From NCBI GenBank assembly GCA_964016885.1, contig OZ024748.1, positions 21,390,001-21,454,000 on the forward strand: a stretch of 64,000 nt of DNA. Direction: 5' to 3'. The DNA is from Eledone cirrhosa. Its lineage: Eukaryota. Positions 29,741-42,123 of the stretch are shown piece by piece; within the stretch, counting starts at the first letter, position 1, and every line of letters begins with the position of its first letter. The notes beneath the pieces were generated by a model, which was not told the DNA's origin, did not search any database, and saw only the letters and a list, made by a program, of their open reading frames with translations. A program made the position numbers and the translations under genes.

Positions 29741-30262
29741 TTAACAGCACCATTCCTACCAGCAGTTCCACCACTGTTACTTTTAATACCATTACTACCA
29801 CCACCAGGGCCAGATTTAATGGGGGGGGGGGGGGTAAGGGAGCAACTGCCTTGGGCCCCTTGCAGTGGTGGGGGCAGGGACGTAGAGAGATCTGAGGCTT
29901 CAGTGTTTGGGAATGAAATGGAGATAAGGGAACCTTTAGTCTGGCTGAGCATGTGACCACCTCTTTAGTACTAGTGCGATGATAAAATGCACTCAGTACA
30001 TCCTGTAAATTGTTAGTGTTGGTACCTTGATAAAATATACCTAGTCAACTGTGTAAAATGTTTGTGCTGGTATTGCAAAAACAACACACCAAGTGAACAC
30101 TCTAGAGTGATTATGATGGAAAGGGCATCCATGCCGAATATGTAATGTATGAGCAAGATGAGGTCACTCCGATATGTTTGGTCTTGGACTGTGACAACCT
30201 GTCCAACACATACCAGTGTGGAAAGTGGTTGTAAATTGAGGATGGTTAGATATTTTTTTAAT

Positions 30263-30609
30263 TTAACCCTTTAAGCATTTAAACCAGCCATATCCAGACA
30301 GAATTTTCTCACTTCTTTCTGTTCAAACTGGATGTACTGGCTGCTCATACTGGTGGTAAGGTATTGTTCTCAAAATGAATAACATCAAAATCGTATAGAT
30401 TCGATATTATGTGAGATAATTATGTAAGATAAAACTTTTACTATGAAAATATAATAGTATATATATAGAATAATCATCATCATCATCATTTTACATCCAC
30501 TTTTCCCTGCTTGCAAGGGTAAGACGGGTCCTATTCAGCACAGCATCTCTCCACTTGTCACAGTCCTTCGTCATCTCCTCCGTGAATAATGTAAATGCTA
30601 AAGGTTTAA
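30263..30609 (+). mobile_element. piggyBac-type MITE with a nested RTE 3' tail (30475-30585)
   Basis: TTAACCCTTTAAGCATTTA ... TAAATGCTAAAGGTTTAA; the insert matches 59705-59820. Confidence 0.7.
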
Positions 30610-31519
30610 TAGCTGTATGTATAACTTTTCAATTCCAATTACTTGCACCAAGCTGCCTTTCATATGTAAAATTAGGGGTTTACTGTGTATTCTAATATTT
30701 TGTGTATGAGTACCTGCCTCCTCACCAAATGTGCCCCAGGGTCCCCAAGGTCTAAATCTAGCCCTGACCACTACTATCTCTGTCATCATCACCACTACTA
30801 CTCCACCACCACCATTACTATCAATACCATTACTAACACCACTATCACCATCACCACTACTAACAATAATAGTACTATTACATGAGTCAAGAGGGAAACT
30901 GTAGGTGGTCATATGATCCACTAGAAACAGCAGTGAAATCTGCATCAGATCACACACTACTGCTTTTAAAATGAAAAAAAGACATTGCATATGGTTTTAG
31001 ATACATTGTGTCTAGGTAGGATGGTCATGGCTGGTGTGCTTTTGATTATAGGCCTCCTGGCTAAGATCTGACCTGGAGTTAAATACCTTCCTCCCTCTCT
31101 TGAGTTTTTGAGGCCCTGAAAAAGGGTCTTGGATACTGCCCTTTCTCTCCTGATTACACAGGTGAACAATTACAATGCACAAACACGAACACACATACAC
31201 ACACAAAATCAACAGAATTATTACAAGCTTGTATTTAGTTTGATGTCCTTAATTAAGAAACAGTAATGAAGGTGTCTAATGAATGTCTCTGAGCTCTCCC
31301 CTCCACTAAACCATTCCTTCTTTCATGTACCACTACCTCCTTACCTTGTTCATACCAACACCTATACCCACAACCACCTCCTATTACTGCCACCACTGCC
31401 TATTGCTACCACCACTACTGTAATCCCCTACTACCTCCACCACCACCACCACTACTACCATCACAGCGACAACATCATCGACACTGCTTTATGCACACCA
31501 TAACACTTTCACTCATGCT

Positions 31520-32715
31520 CACACACACTACAAACACTACAAACACACACACATACACTACAAACACACACACATACACTACAAACATACATACACTACA
31601 AACACACACATACACTACAAACACACACACATACACTATAAACACACACACACACACTACAAACATACATACACTACAAACACACACATACACTACAAAC
31701 ACACACACATACACTACAAACACACACACATACACTACAAACACACACACACACTACAAACACACACACATACACTACAAACATACACACACATACACTA
31801 CAAACATACACACACACTACAAACACACATACACTACAAACACACACACACACACACACACACTACAAACACACACACACACACACTACAAACACACACA
31901 CATACACTACAAACACACACACACACACACACACTACAAACACACACACACACACTACAAACACACACACACTACAAACACACACACATACACTACAAAC
32001 ATACACACACACTACAAACACACACACACACACTACAAACACACACACACACACTACAAACACACACACACTACAAACATACACACACACACTACAAACA
32101 TACACACGTACACTACAAACATACACACACACACTACAAACATACACACGTACACTACAAACATACACACGTACACTACAAACACACACACGTACACTAC
32201 AAACACACACACACACACTACAAACGCACACACATACACTACAAACACACACATACACTACAAACACACATACACTACAAACACACATACACTACAAACA
32301 TACACACACATACACTACAAACACATACACTACAAACACATACACTACAAACATACACACTACAAACATACACACATACACACACATACACTACAAACAC
32401 ACATACACACACACTACAAACACACATACACTACAAACACACACACACACACTACAAACACACATACACTACAAACATACACACATACACTACAAACACA
32501 TACTACCAACACACAGTACAGCCACATACACACACACTACAGCCACACATACACACACACTACAGCCACACATACACACACACTACAGCCACACATACAC
32601 ACACACACACACTACAGCCATACACACACACACACTACAGCCACACACACACTACAGCCACACACACACTACAGCCACACATACACACACACACTATAGC
32701 CACACATACACACAG
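31520..32715. repeat. CA-rich compound repeat (CACTACAAACACACA)n
   Basis: Direct inspection. Confidence 0.95.
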
Positions 32716-32829
32716 TATATCTTTACATGTTACCCCCCTCCCCCCATATCAATGTCTCTTGTTACCAGTCTCTGACACAATTATATAACTATACTACTTT
32801 CATGTCATTTCTGGTGGAGGTGATGCTAT

Positions 32830-33460
32830 TCGTGGTGGTAGTAGTAGTAGTGGTGGTAGTGGTAGTGGTGGTGGTGGTGGTGGTGGTAGTAGTAGTAGTT
32901 GTAGTAGTTGTGGTGGTGGTAATAGTAGTGGTAGTAGTGGTAGTAGTGGTGGTGGTGGTAGTAGTAGTAGTAGTTGTAGTAGTTGTGGTGGTGGTAATAG
33001 TAGTTGTAGTAGTGGTGGTGGTGGTGGTGGTAGTAGTAGTTGTGGTAGTAGTAGTAGTTGTGGTGGTGGTGGTAGTAGTAGTTGTGGTAGTAGTAGTAGT
33101 TGTGGTGGTGGTAATAGTAGTTGTAGTAGTGGTGGTGGTGGTGGTGGTGGTTGTAGTAGTGGTGGTGGTGGTAGTGGTGGTTGTAGTAGTAGTAGTGGTG
33201 GTTGTAGTAGTAGTGGTGGTGGTGGTAATAGTAGTGGTTGGTTGTGGTAATAGTAGTAGTAGTTGGTTGTGGTAGTAGTAGTAGTTGGTAGTGGTAGTAA
33301 TAGTAGTGGTGATTGTGGTGGTGATTATGATAATAATGTTGGTGGTGATGATAGTAGCGGTAGTGGTTTTGGTGGGGATGATGATGGTGATGTTTATAGT
33401 AACAGTGGTGGAGGTGATCCTATTGGCCATGGTGGTGGTGGTGGTGGTGGTGGTGGTGTT
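32830..33460. repeat. (GTA/GTG)n trinucleotide repeat
   Basis: Direct inspection; the poly-V and poly-T ORFs are artefacts. Confidence 0.95.
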
Positions 33461-33917
33461 GTTGATTATATGTATTCATGTTCATTTTGGCATCAAATTA
33501 CATTAGGAGGAGCAATTAAGTCTGGTACAAGATGAGCTATAAGGATTGTGTGTTCCCACCCAACACCACCCAGCTACCTATGAAATGTTCTGGGTGCGTG
33601 AGACAAAAGTTTGGTGGGGTACTAACCCCACCAGAGAACCGCAGAGGAAGGGGGGTCCTACAGTTGTTAGTTACTAACATTCCCTAGCTTACAGAACCCT
33701 TTTATTACCATATTTCTAATAAAAGACTCTGCCAGTTTCACAAGTTTCTCAGTTATTTGAAAATTATAAGCAAAGTTATAAATTATTGTAAATAAACCTT
33801 ACAAGACTCCAGTTGCATTTTCAATTTCTTTTTCCTATATTAGAAAACCTTACTTTTGAAACAGCCGGAGCTCAACCATCAGGGTCCTGAATTTTTTCAT
33901 GTTTTCCTATATATATA

Positions 33918-35456
33918 TCATCATCATCATCATCATCAACGTTTAACGTCCGTGTTCCACGCTTGCATGGGTTTGGACGGGGGTAGTCCCACTTGAGGCA
34001 AGAGTGATTGTCTTGCTCGCATAGGACTGTCTGGCAGGTTTTCTACAGTTGGATGCCCTTCCTAACACCAACCACATTTACAGTGTGGGTCTGGGAGGTT
34101 TTTACCGTGTTGCCTACACGGCCACATTACAGCGTGGACTGTGTGTTTTTTTGTCGTGACACCTACACGATCTCATTTGTTTCGGCCTGGATGGCGCGGC
34201 ACCAACATAACTTTACATAGAACGGGGTGGTGTGGATGGGGTGGGGGTGGTGGCGGGACGGGGTGTATTTTGTTAGAGATGCCTACTGGCAAGGCGGGTC
34301 TTCTCTGTTACTGAGTACCACCAAAGGTCTCGGTCCAGTGACATTGTCTTGGAGAGGTGTAAGTGTGTGAGGTCGGAGTTTATCAGCTCATCCCAGGTTT
34401 TTCTAGGTCTGCCTATTCCGTGGCTACCGTCTATCTTTATTGCCCTGCACTTTGTTATACAGCTATCGACTTTCATGCGCATCACGTGTCCATACCAACG
34501 CAGCCTTCTCTCGAGTAAACAACATCTGATCCCTCTTATCTCTAATTTTTTCCTTAGTTCGTTTATGCTTTGCCGTTCACGTATATTACTGTTACACATC
34601 CAGCGGAGCATGCAAGCTTCGTTCCTCTCTAGTCTGCGTATATCCTCTGCACACAATGCCCAGGTCTCACTACCATGCAACATTGCTGTTCGTATGCAGG
34701 CATCGTACAACCTGCCTTTCATTTTTAGGGAGAACCCTTTAGCAGCTAATAGTGGTATAAGCTCTCTGAACTTTTTCCAACCAGTTCTGACTCTAGCTAC
34801 AGTACTTTCAGAGCACCCTCCCCCACTGCTGATTTTATCGCCCAGGTAACGGAAGCTGTCCACTATTTCTATAGAACCCTCTGCGCAATTGAAAGAGCTA
34901 GTATTTTGTGGGCACTTGCTGCTACTTATTGCACCAGAACACCGGCCACATGTAAAATCTATGTTCTTAGTTAGCTTACCTGTGATCCCACTACATCTTT
35001 TATGCACCCATACTTTGCATTTAGGACATAAAATGGAGTTTCTACCTACGCCTTTCCTACACACCGAGCACGACCATTTCCCAGAAGGGACCGCCGCCTT
35101 GTTTTCTTTCCTACAAACTAGAACTTTGGTCTTAGCCAGGTTAATTTTAAGTCCTTTTGACTCTAGGCCGTGCTTCCATGATTGGAATTTCTTCTCTAGC
35201 TCGGCCATTGATTCCGCTATGAGTGTCAGGTCGTCTGCGTATAGGAGTTCCCATGGGCAGCCTGTCTTGAACTCCTCTGTTATAGCCTGAAGGGCAATAA
35301 TAAATAGTAGGGGGCTGAGAACAGAGCCCTGATGGACGCCAACTTTTACGCTAAACTCTTCACTATATTCGTTGTTAATTCTAACCTTGCTGACTGTTTC
35401 TTTATACATGGCTTGTATAGCCCTCACAAGCCATTCGTCAACGCCTAGTTTTCTAA
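33918..35456 (-). mobile_element. RTE-clade LINE, 5'-truncated
   Basis: Contains the RT ORF below, a 3' UTR and a (GAT)n tail; (TA)n on both sides. Confidence 0.96.
34273..35427 (-). pseudogene. Truncated RTE reverse transcriptase ORF with an inserted PHD-like zinc finger
   Basis: GVHQGSVLSPLLF, LLYADD, GLKINLAKTK, FRYLG, RRLRWYGHVMR. CSVC..C.KC..WVHKRC..CGRC lies between RT domain 7 and the FRYLG motif. No endonuclease or RT N-terminus. Confidence 0.93.
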
Positions 35457-35474
35457 TATATATATATATATATA

Positions 35475-35690
35475 GTAATAATAATAAAATTGAAGACTAA
35501 AATCCAAAGAGGGCTCGATAAGGAAAATATATATCAAATATATAAGAACCGTAGAGCAAATATTTATTAAAATAACAGATTAAAGTTTAAGCAAAGAATC
35601 GCTGCTTTCACCCTTAACGGGATCTTCTGAAACTAACAAAGTCAATCTGTAAACGCAGAACTGGATATTTCAAAAAACGTTGCAATATAT
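35475..35690 (-). mobile_element. TA-embedded element with a GCTC/GAGC variant of the 3' motif
   Basis: Minus strand reads GCTC-TACGG..CCTTA-TC-GAGC-CCT (35510-35557), ~35 nt from (TA)n. Homologous to 14990-15121. Confidence 0.6.
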
Positions 35691-35737
35691 ATATTAATTC
35701 AAAATATTAACAAAATAGATATTCTTGTGATCAAGTA

Positions 35738-35804
35738 TATTTTATTATACATATTTCAGAGGTACTGAGTTAACTTCAACAGTACGTCCTCATCAGATAA
35801 AATA
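35738..35804 (-). ncRNA. Type I hammerhead ribozyme with intact core
   Basis: TATTTTAT-CTGATGA-GGACGTACTG..CAGTACCTCT-GAAA-TATGTA-TA-ATAAAATA. Confidence 0.8.
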
Positions 35805-35832
35805 AGATGTCAGGGTATGTCATGCATCATCT

Positions 35833-35899
35833 TATTTTATCTGATGAGGACGAACTGTTGAAGTTAACTAAGTACCTCTAAAATGTGTATAATAAAATA
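35833..35899 (+). ncRNA. Hammerhead copy with mutated core (GAAA to AAAA)
   Basis: Mirror of 35738-35804 with G12 changed to A and two stem II substitutions; predicted inactive. Confidence 0.65.
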
Positions 35900-36036
35900 T
35901 ACTTGATCACAAGAATATCTATTTTGTTAATATTTTGAATTAATATTAATAACTCCGGAAAACCACAACTGTTGAGTGCTTCCAATCTATTGTAAAATTC
36001 ATTCTTTGATTTATTCATTGAACCTTGTTTAACCTT

Positions 36037-36083
<47 letters not shown>

Positions 36084-36189
36084 CGTTGAAAGAGATAGAA
36101 GGCTGAACAATGTAAAATGGACTGTAAGATGAGGTAACAAAAAGTAAAAGTTACTTGGTAATATTTGTTTTGTTGTTTTTTTTATCTGT

Positions 36190-36231
36190 CCAATATTTCG
36201 GGACATAAAAGATAAAGTCCCTTTATCAGGG
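36190..36231 (-). ncRNA. Degenerate minimal (Penelope-type) hammerhead
   Basis: CC-CTGATAA-A-GGGAC..GTCCC-GAAA-TA-TT-GG; core G8 is mutated. Confidence 0.45.
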
Positions 36232-36422
36232 TTTAAGGAACCTTCAGTGGATAACGTTCCAATTTATATATATTCATCATCATCATCACCGTTTTAACAT
36301 CCAGTTTTCCACGCTAGCATAGGTTAACGTTTAGACCCTCTTCCTGCTATATCAAGCGTTAACCTAATATATACCTTCCATATACTGTACCGATTGTGTT
36401 GTTATTTCTGTTTACCTTTTAC

Positions 36423-36471
<49 letters not shown>

Positions 36472-37264
36472 AGTGTCATGGAAACTGCTGCGATGCAGGT
36501 GGTGTTGTAAATATTAAGGTAAGAAAATCAGTTGAGAAATGAGAAAAAAAGGTGGCTTGGAGAAGAGGGGGAAAAAAGACACAGAAACCTTCAATACTTC
36601 TATGTGTCTCGTATTAGAAGAGTTCTACATCACAGATGCATAGAAAGGCCATCTTCTTTTGTTGTTTCCCTCATCTACACTTAAGCTCCCTTTACTTGAT
36701 AAAGGATGATTCATCCGAAATATATAAGGACTAATGAATATTTCCAAGACAACATTATCTCTGGTTATTGTTTTTCTTCTTCTTCTTTTCTCCTTCCTCA
36801 CCTGGTTCTGTTACAGACCCCCCGCCCTCCTGCCTGCATTGTAGCAGCTTCCAACACATAACCACACACACATATACACACACACACATACATATACACT
36901 CACACACACACACTCCCACACACACACATATATATATATGTGTGTGTGTTATTATGTAGATATTTGTATGCAGCATGTATTTTTGTTATATATATATATA
37001 TATATATATTACGTATTGTTGCATATATTGTGTATATTATTGTATATGAAGTGTATATAGATATATATAATTGTGTGTGTGTGTTGTAATGTATATAATC
37101 CCCCACCATTATATTTACAAATTAGGTAGAATGCTTTTTTGTTTATATTTTTTCCACTTTTCACCCTCCAGATTCATCTGAACGTGCAGCTTTATAATAA
37201 TAGGAATATTTCCGACCCTCTCGCTCTCTTGTTCCTAACTTACTCTTTATCTATCCCTCAGTGT

Positions 37265-37770
<506 letters not shown>

Positions 37771-38121
37771 TCTTAGTTTTATATTTGTATCTATCTCTTT
37801 TGATAGTATATATCATTCTCTCCCTCCCTCTCTCTCCTTCCCTCTCCCTTCCTTTCTAAATTGATAATTATAATTGGAATAATAATATTAATAATTTATT
37901 TTGCCCCAAGGGCTGCAAAGTAAAAGTATAAATATAACAACAACAACAAGAAGAAAACAAGCCCACTTCTAAACCAAAAACAATGTGAATTTGTATGTGT
38001 GCCTATGTATGTATGTGTGTTTGTGCGTGTTTGTATGCATGCGTGTTTGTATTTGTGTACAGGCAATTGTAAAACATTTAGTAAATTGAAAAGTGTAATT
38101 TATAAATGTGTATTAGATTTA

Positions 38122-38156
<35 letters not shown>

Positions 38157-38813
38157 TACCCCCCCCCCCCCACACACACACACATATATATATATACACA
38201 CATAAATATTTCATAGAATTAAATTAATAAAAATACACTGAAAAGAAAAAGGAATTTAACTATGTGCTCCTTTCCCGCCACACTTACTCACGGGACCCTA
38301 GGGATATAGAATCAAACAACCCTAAATTTCTCATCTTGTTCACATATGATCTGGTCCCTCAAACCCTCACCTCATCTCACCTCACATCTAATACAATCTA
38401 CAGCCTATCATTGTGACTTTATAGATATGTATTGATCAATTTAGCAACATCATTCTTACCTCCCTTGTTTACCCACCTCTCCTCAAATATTCTCCAAGGG
38501 CTGTTCTTATCTCTCTCTCTCATCCTCTATTTCACTCTCCCTCTCTCTTCCTGTCCCTCTCTCTCATGCTCTCTCATGCTCTCCCTCTCTCTCATGCTCT
38601 CTCTCTCTTTCTCTCATGCTCTCCCCCTCGCTCATGCTCTCCCCCTCGCTCATGCTCTCCCCCTCTTTCATGTTCTCCTCCTCTCTATTGTGCTCTTCCA
38701 CATTCTTTCCATAATATATATCTCCTTTTAGTCTTTTTTCTCAACCTCTTCTTCATCAAGTCTTTCTCTCTCTCCTCTCACTTCTCTTCATAATATTTCT
38801 CTCTCTTCCCATC

Positions 38814-38879
<66 letters not shown>

Positions 38880-38992
38880 TTCTTTCTTCTATCTCTTCTC
38901 TTCTGCTCTCTTTCTTCTCTCTCCTCTCCCCTTCATAATCACTCTCTCTCTCTCTCTCTCTCTGATAATAACAATACTAATCACCATTATTG

Positions 38993-39180
38993 TGGATTGG
39001 AAGTATCGGTAGAGGGTCGGACGCCATGCTTTCCAGCATAGAGTTACGGCCCTTGCCATTCTGAGTTCAAATCCCGCCGAGGTTAACTTTGCCTTTCATC
39101 CTTACAGGGTCGATAAAATAAAGTACCAGTAATGTACTGGGTAATTGCTGACCTTGTGCCAATAGTAGAAACAATTATTA
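38993..39180 (+). mobile_element. SINE family B
   Basis: Matches 16449-16635. Confidence 0.9.
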
Positions 39181-39874
39181 TGAAGGATGATTTGATGGCA
39201 GAATCATCAGAGCAGTGGTTAGATATCTTGTGGTATTAGGTTACATCCTTTAACATTTACAGTTCAAATCTTATGGAGGTTAACTTTGCCTGTCATTCTT
39301 CCACTTGGCTTTCTTTCAAATGAAATACAAATATCCTGCTTTTGTTTCTCTTTCCTTCTCATGGATTATATAAAGTCACTTTCTTTCAATTTCACCATTT
39401 CTAGCTGTCTTTCTTAAAAATGAAATATTAATGTCCTCCCATTGTTTTCCCTTTCTTTCTTATGGATTATATAAAGTCAGTTTTTTATTGTTTTGTTGGT
39501 TTTTTTTTGGGGGGGGGGGGGGGGTCAGCACCTAACTGATATTTCATCTGGATACATTCCCTCATTCCAGCATCTTTCTTTGAAATTAAATCACCATTAT
39601 TATTATTATCATCATCATCATCATTTAACATCCGTTTTTCCCTGCTATCAAGTATTGGACATATTGTCAGTACTCAAACAAAGTCTTTGACCTACAAGGT
39701 GGTCCCTCACAATCATAAGACAATTAATTCACTTCCCAGAACAGTTGATGCATTGGGTCTTTAGACATGACACGTTATTTTACATTACTTCAGTCCACTT
39801 AGCTGGCAAAAATGAGTTGCATCTGTAATTTGGGGGGGCAGCTATGTGACACACTACGTGTCACACTGATCCCC

Positions 39875-40087
39875 TTAACCCTATAGCATTTAAACCAGCC
39901 ATATCTGTCCAGAATTCCCTCACCTCTTTCTGTTCAAACTGGCTGTAACCAGCTGCTCATACTGATGTTAAGGTATTGATCTCAAAATAAATATCAAAAT
40001 CTCATCGATTCAATGTTATGTGAGATAAAGCCTTTCCCACAAAAATACAATAGTAAATATAGAGTAATGTAAATGTTAAAGGGTTAA
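39875..40087 (+). mobile_element. Complete ~205-bp piggyBac-type MITE inserted in a family C SINE
   Basis: TTAA-CCCTATAGCATTTA ... TAAATGTTAAAGGG-TTAA; SINE sequence continues on both sides. Confidence 0.75.
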
Positions 40088-40349
40088 GAAAAATATTAAG
40101 GGTGCACATGTCTGTGGAATGCTCAGTCACTTACTAGCACATTAATTTCACAAGTTGGTTGGCAGTTCTATTGATTGAAACAACAGGAGCACTCATCATC
40201 ATTGTAAATGACTGGGATCCAACAACCTTATTTCTTACATGCCATAATAATGTTTTCTATTCAATATTTATGATTGGCAGTATTGGTAGAGTGTCAGACA
40301 ACATGCTTTATGGCATAGAGTTACAGCCCTTTACGATCTGAGTTCAAAG

Positions 40350-40750
40350 GCTGGAGAGAAATGAAATGAGTATGCTCCATTGGATGTGTAATGTTAATGT
40401 TTATGAATGATGAAACACAAGTGACCTAATAGAAAAACTGTGCATAAGATGCATTAGATATAGTGGTATGAAGAACATGTGATGTACATGGATGATTGCT
40501 GAGTGGAGAAATGTCCGGAAATCCCAGGAGAAGGAATCTGTAGAAGAGGAAGACCAAGGAAGACTGAAAAAGACAGAAGAAGAACTTGGCAGACGTGGTG
40601 AGAGGTGATTTCAAAATATTGAACATCACTGAAGAGATGACAAAGGGATGTAAAAGGCAGTGGGGGAAGGGGAACTGTGCTGGAAAAGGCCTGTCCAACC
40701 TAAGCAAACATTGTAAAACAGATGTAAAATGGTGCTGCTGCTGATGATGA
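40350..40750 (+). mobile_element. Degraded RTE 3' fragment
   Basis: Remnants RLERNEMSMLHWMCNV and RGRPRKT; (GAT)n tail. Confidence 0.7.
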
Positions 40751-41024
40751 TGATAATATAAACATAAATTTCATGAAATTTAATAAAATATATATTGAAA
40801 TACATGCAGATAATGCATAGATTGTATAAAACTTTAACATATAGATGGAATGGCAGTTTGCTAATGACAAAAAAGACTGGATTTATCTATGCGATAAAAA
40901 TAAAAACAAAAGGGACATTAATATATTAATAATTGAAGTAGCAATACTGACTGACTCATTTCTTCTTCTAATGTTGTGCCATAAACAACCTGAAAAACTA
41001 AGGAATTACTCCAACATAAATATA

Positions 41025-41416
41025 GGTTTCTGATTTAGATACAAGGCCAGCAATTTGGGGGGAGTAAAAAGTCGATTACATCAACCCCAGTGCATTTCTG
41101 GTACTTTATTTTATCAACCCCATAAGGATAACCTCAACAGGATTTGAACACAGATCGTAAAGGGACGTAACTCTATGCTGTAAAGCATGGTGTCCAACGC
41201 TTTACCGATACTGCCAATCCACCATCCTATAATATTTTATGAATATATTAATAATAAAACAATAATTGTTTCTACTTTAGGCACAAGGCCAGCAATTACC
41301 CAGTGCATTACTGAAAGGCAAAGTCAACCTCGGCGGGATTTGAACTCAGATCGTAAAGGGACGTAACTATGCTGGAAAGCATGGCGTCCGACCCTCTACC
41401 GATACTGCCAATCCAT
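41025..41416 (-). mobile_element. Two SINE family B copies
   Basis: 41025-41225 and 41262-41416 match the reverse complement of family B, each with an internal deletion. Confidence 0.85.
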
Positions 41417-41781
41417 TAATAATTTATTTCTAGGATATAATTATATAAATGTTCAGCATATATGTACAACTGACATGAATAACTTTGTCAAAATAACGAT
41501 TAACATGGTCAAATGTAGGGGTTAGAACACTGGGCTTTATTGTCGGAAAACAACTTCTTATTGTAACAGCATTACTGAGATGGGGGAAATACATTATGTG
41601 TATATATATGTTTGTGTATATAAATTTTAAAGAATTACAGATGTATATATATATATATATATATATTCACATATATGGTGTATTTTTATGGTTAATATAT
41701 ATATTTTTTTATAATATTTTAAAGAATTACAAACACACACACATAAATATATATAACCACAAACATATGGCATATTATTAT

Positions 41782-41834
<53 letters not shown>

Positions 41835-41874
41835 GATATTAAACAAATGGAAATTACATTTATAAAACCATATT

Positions 41875-41939
41875 TATTTCATTATATATATTTCAGGGAT
41901 ATCATATTAAAATATGGTATGCCCTCTTCAGACAAAATA
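41875..41939 (-). ncRNA. Type I hammerhead ribozyme with CUGAAGA core
   Basis: TATTTTGT-CTGAAGA-GGGCATACCATAT-ttta-ATATGATATCCCT-GAAA-TATATA-TA-ATGAAATA. The plus-strand 3' motif ACTC-CAA-aac-TTG-TT-GAGTGCT lies at 41983-42004. Confidence 0.75.
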
Positions 41940-42071
41940 CAATATATAGACAGTTTTATAAATAAATTTGACCCAAATAAATACTCCAAAACTTGTTGAG
42001 TGCTTTTATATCAGTTATAAAATATTTACTCGTTGTAACCTAACATTTTAAATAAAACTTTTGCATATATA

Positions 42072-42123
<52 letters not shown>

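Larger units (their letters stand above)
35691..36040 (+). mobile_element. Fold-back element: 119-bp inverted arms with hammerheads plus the 3' motif
   Basis: Arms 35691-35809 and 35828-35946. Motif ACTC-CGG-N10-CTG-TT-GAGTGCT at 35952-35980; (TA)n from 36041. Confidence 0.85.

Noticed and set aside
24585-29956. 1719- and 1766-aa ORFs rich in His, Thr and Pro
   Set aside because: They are stop-free translations of a 53-bp minisatellite, with the same peptide cycling in several frames.
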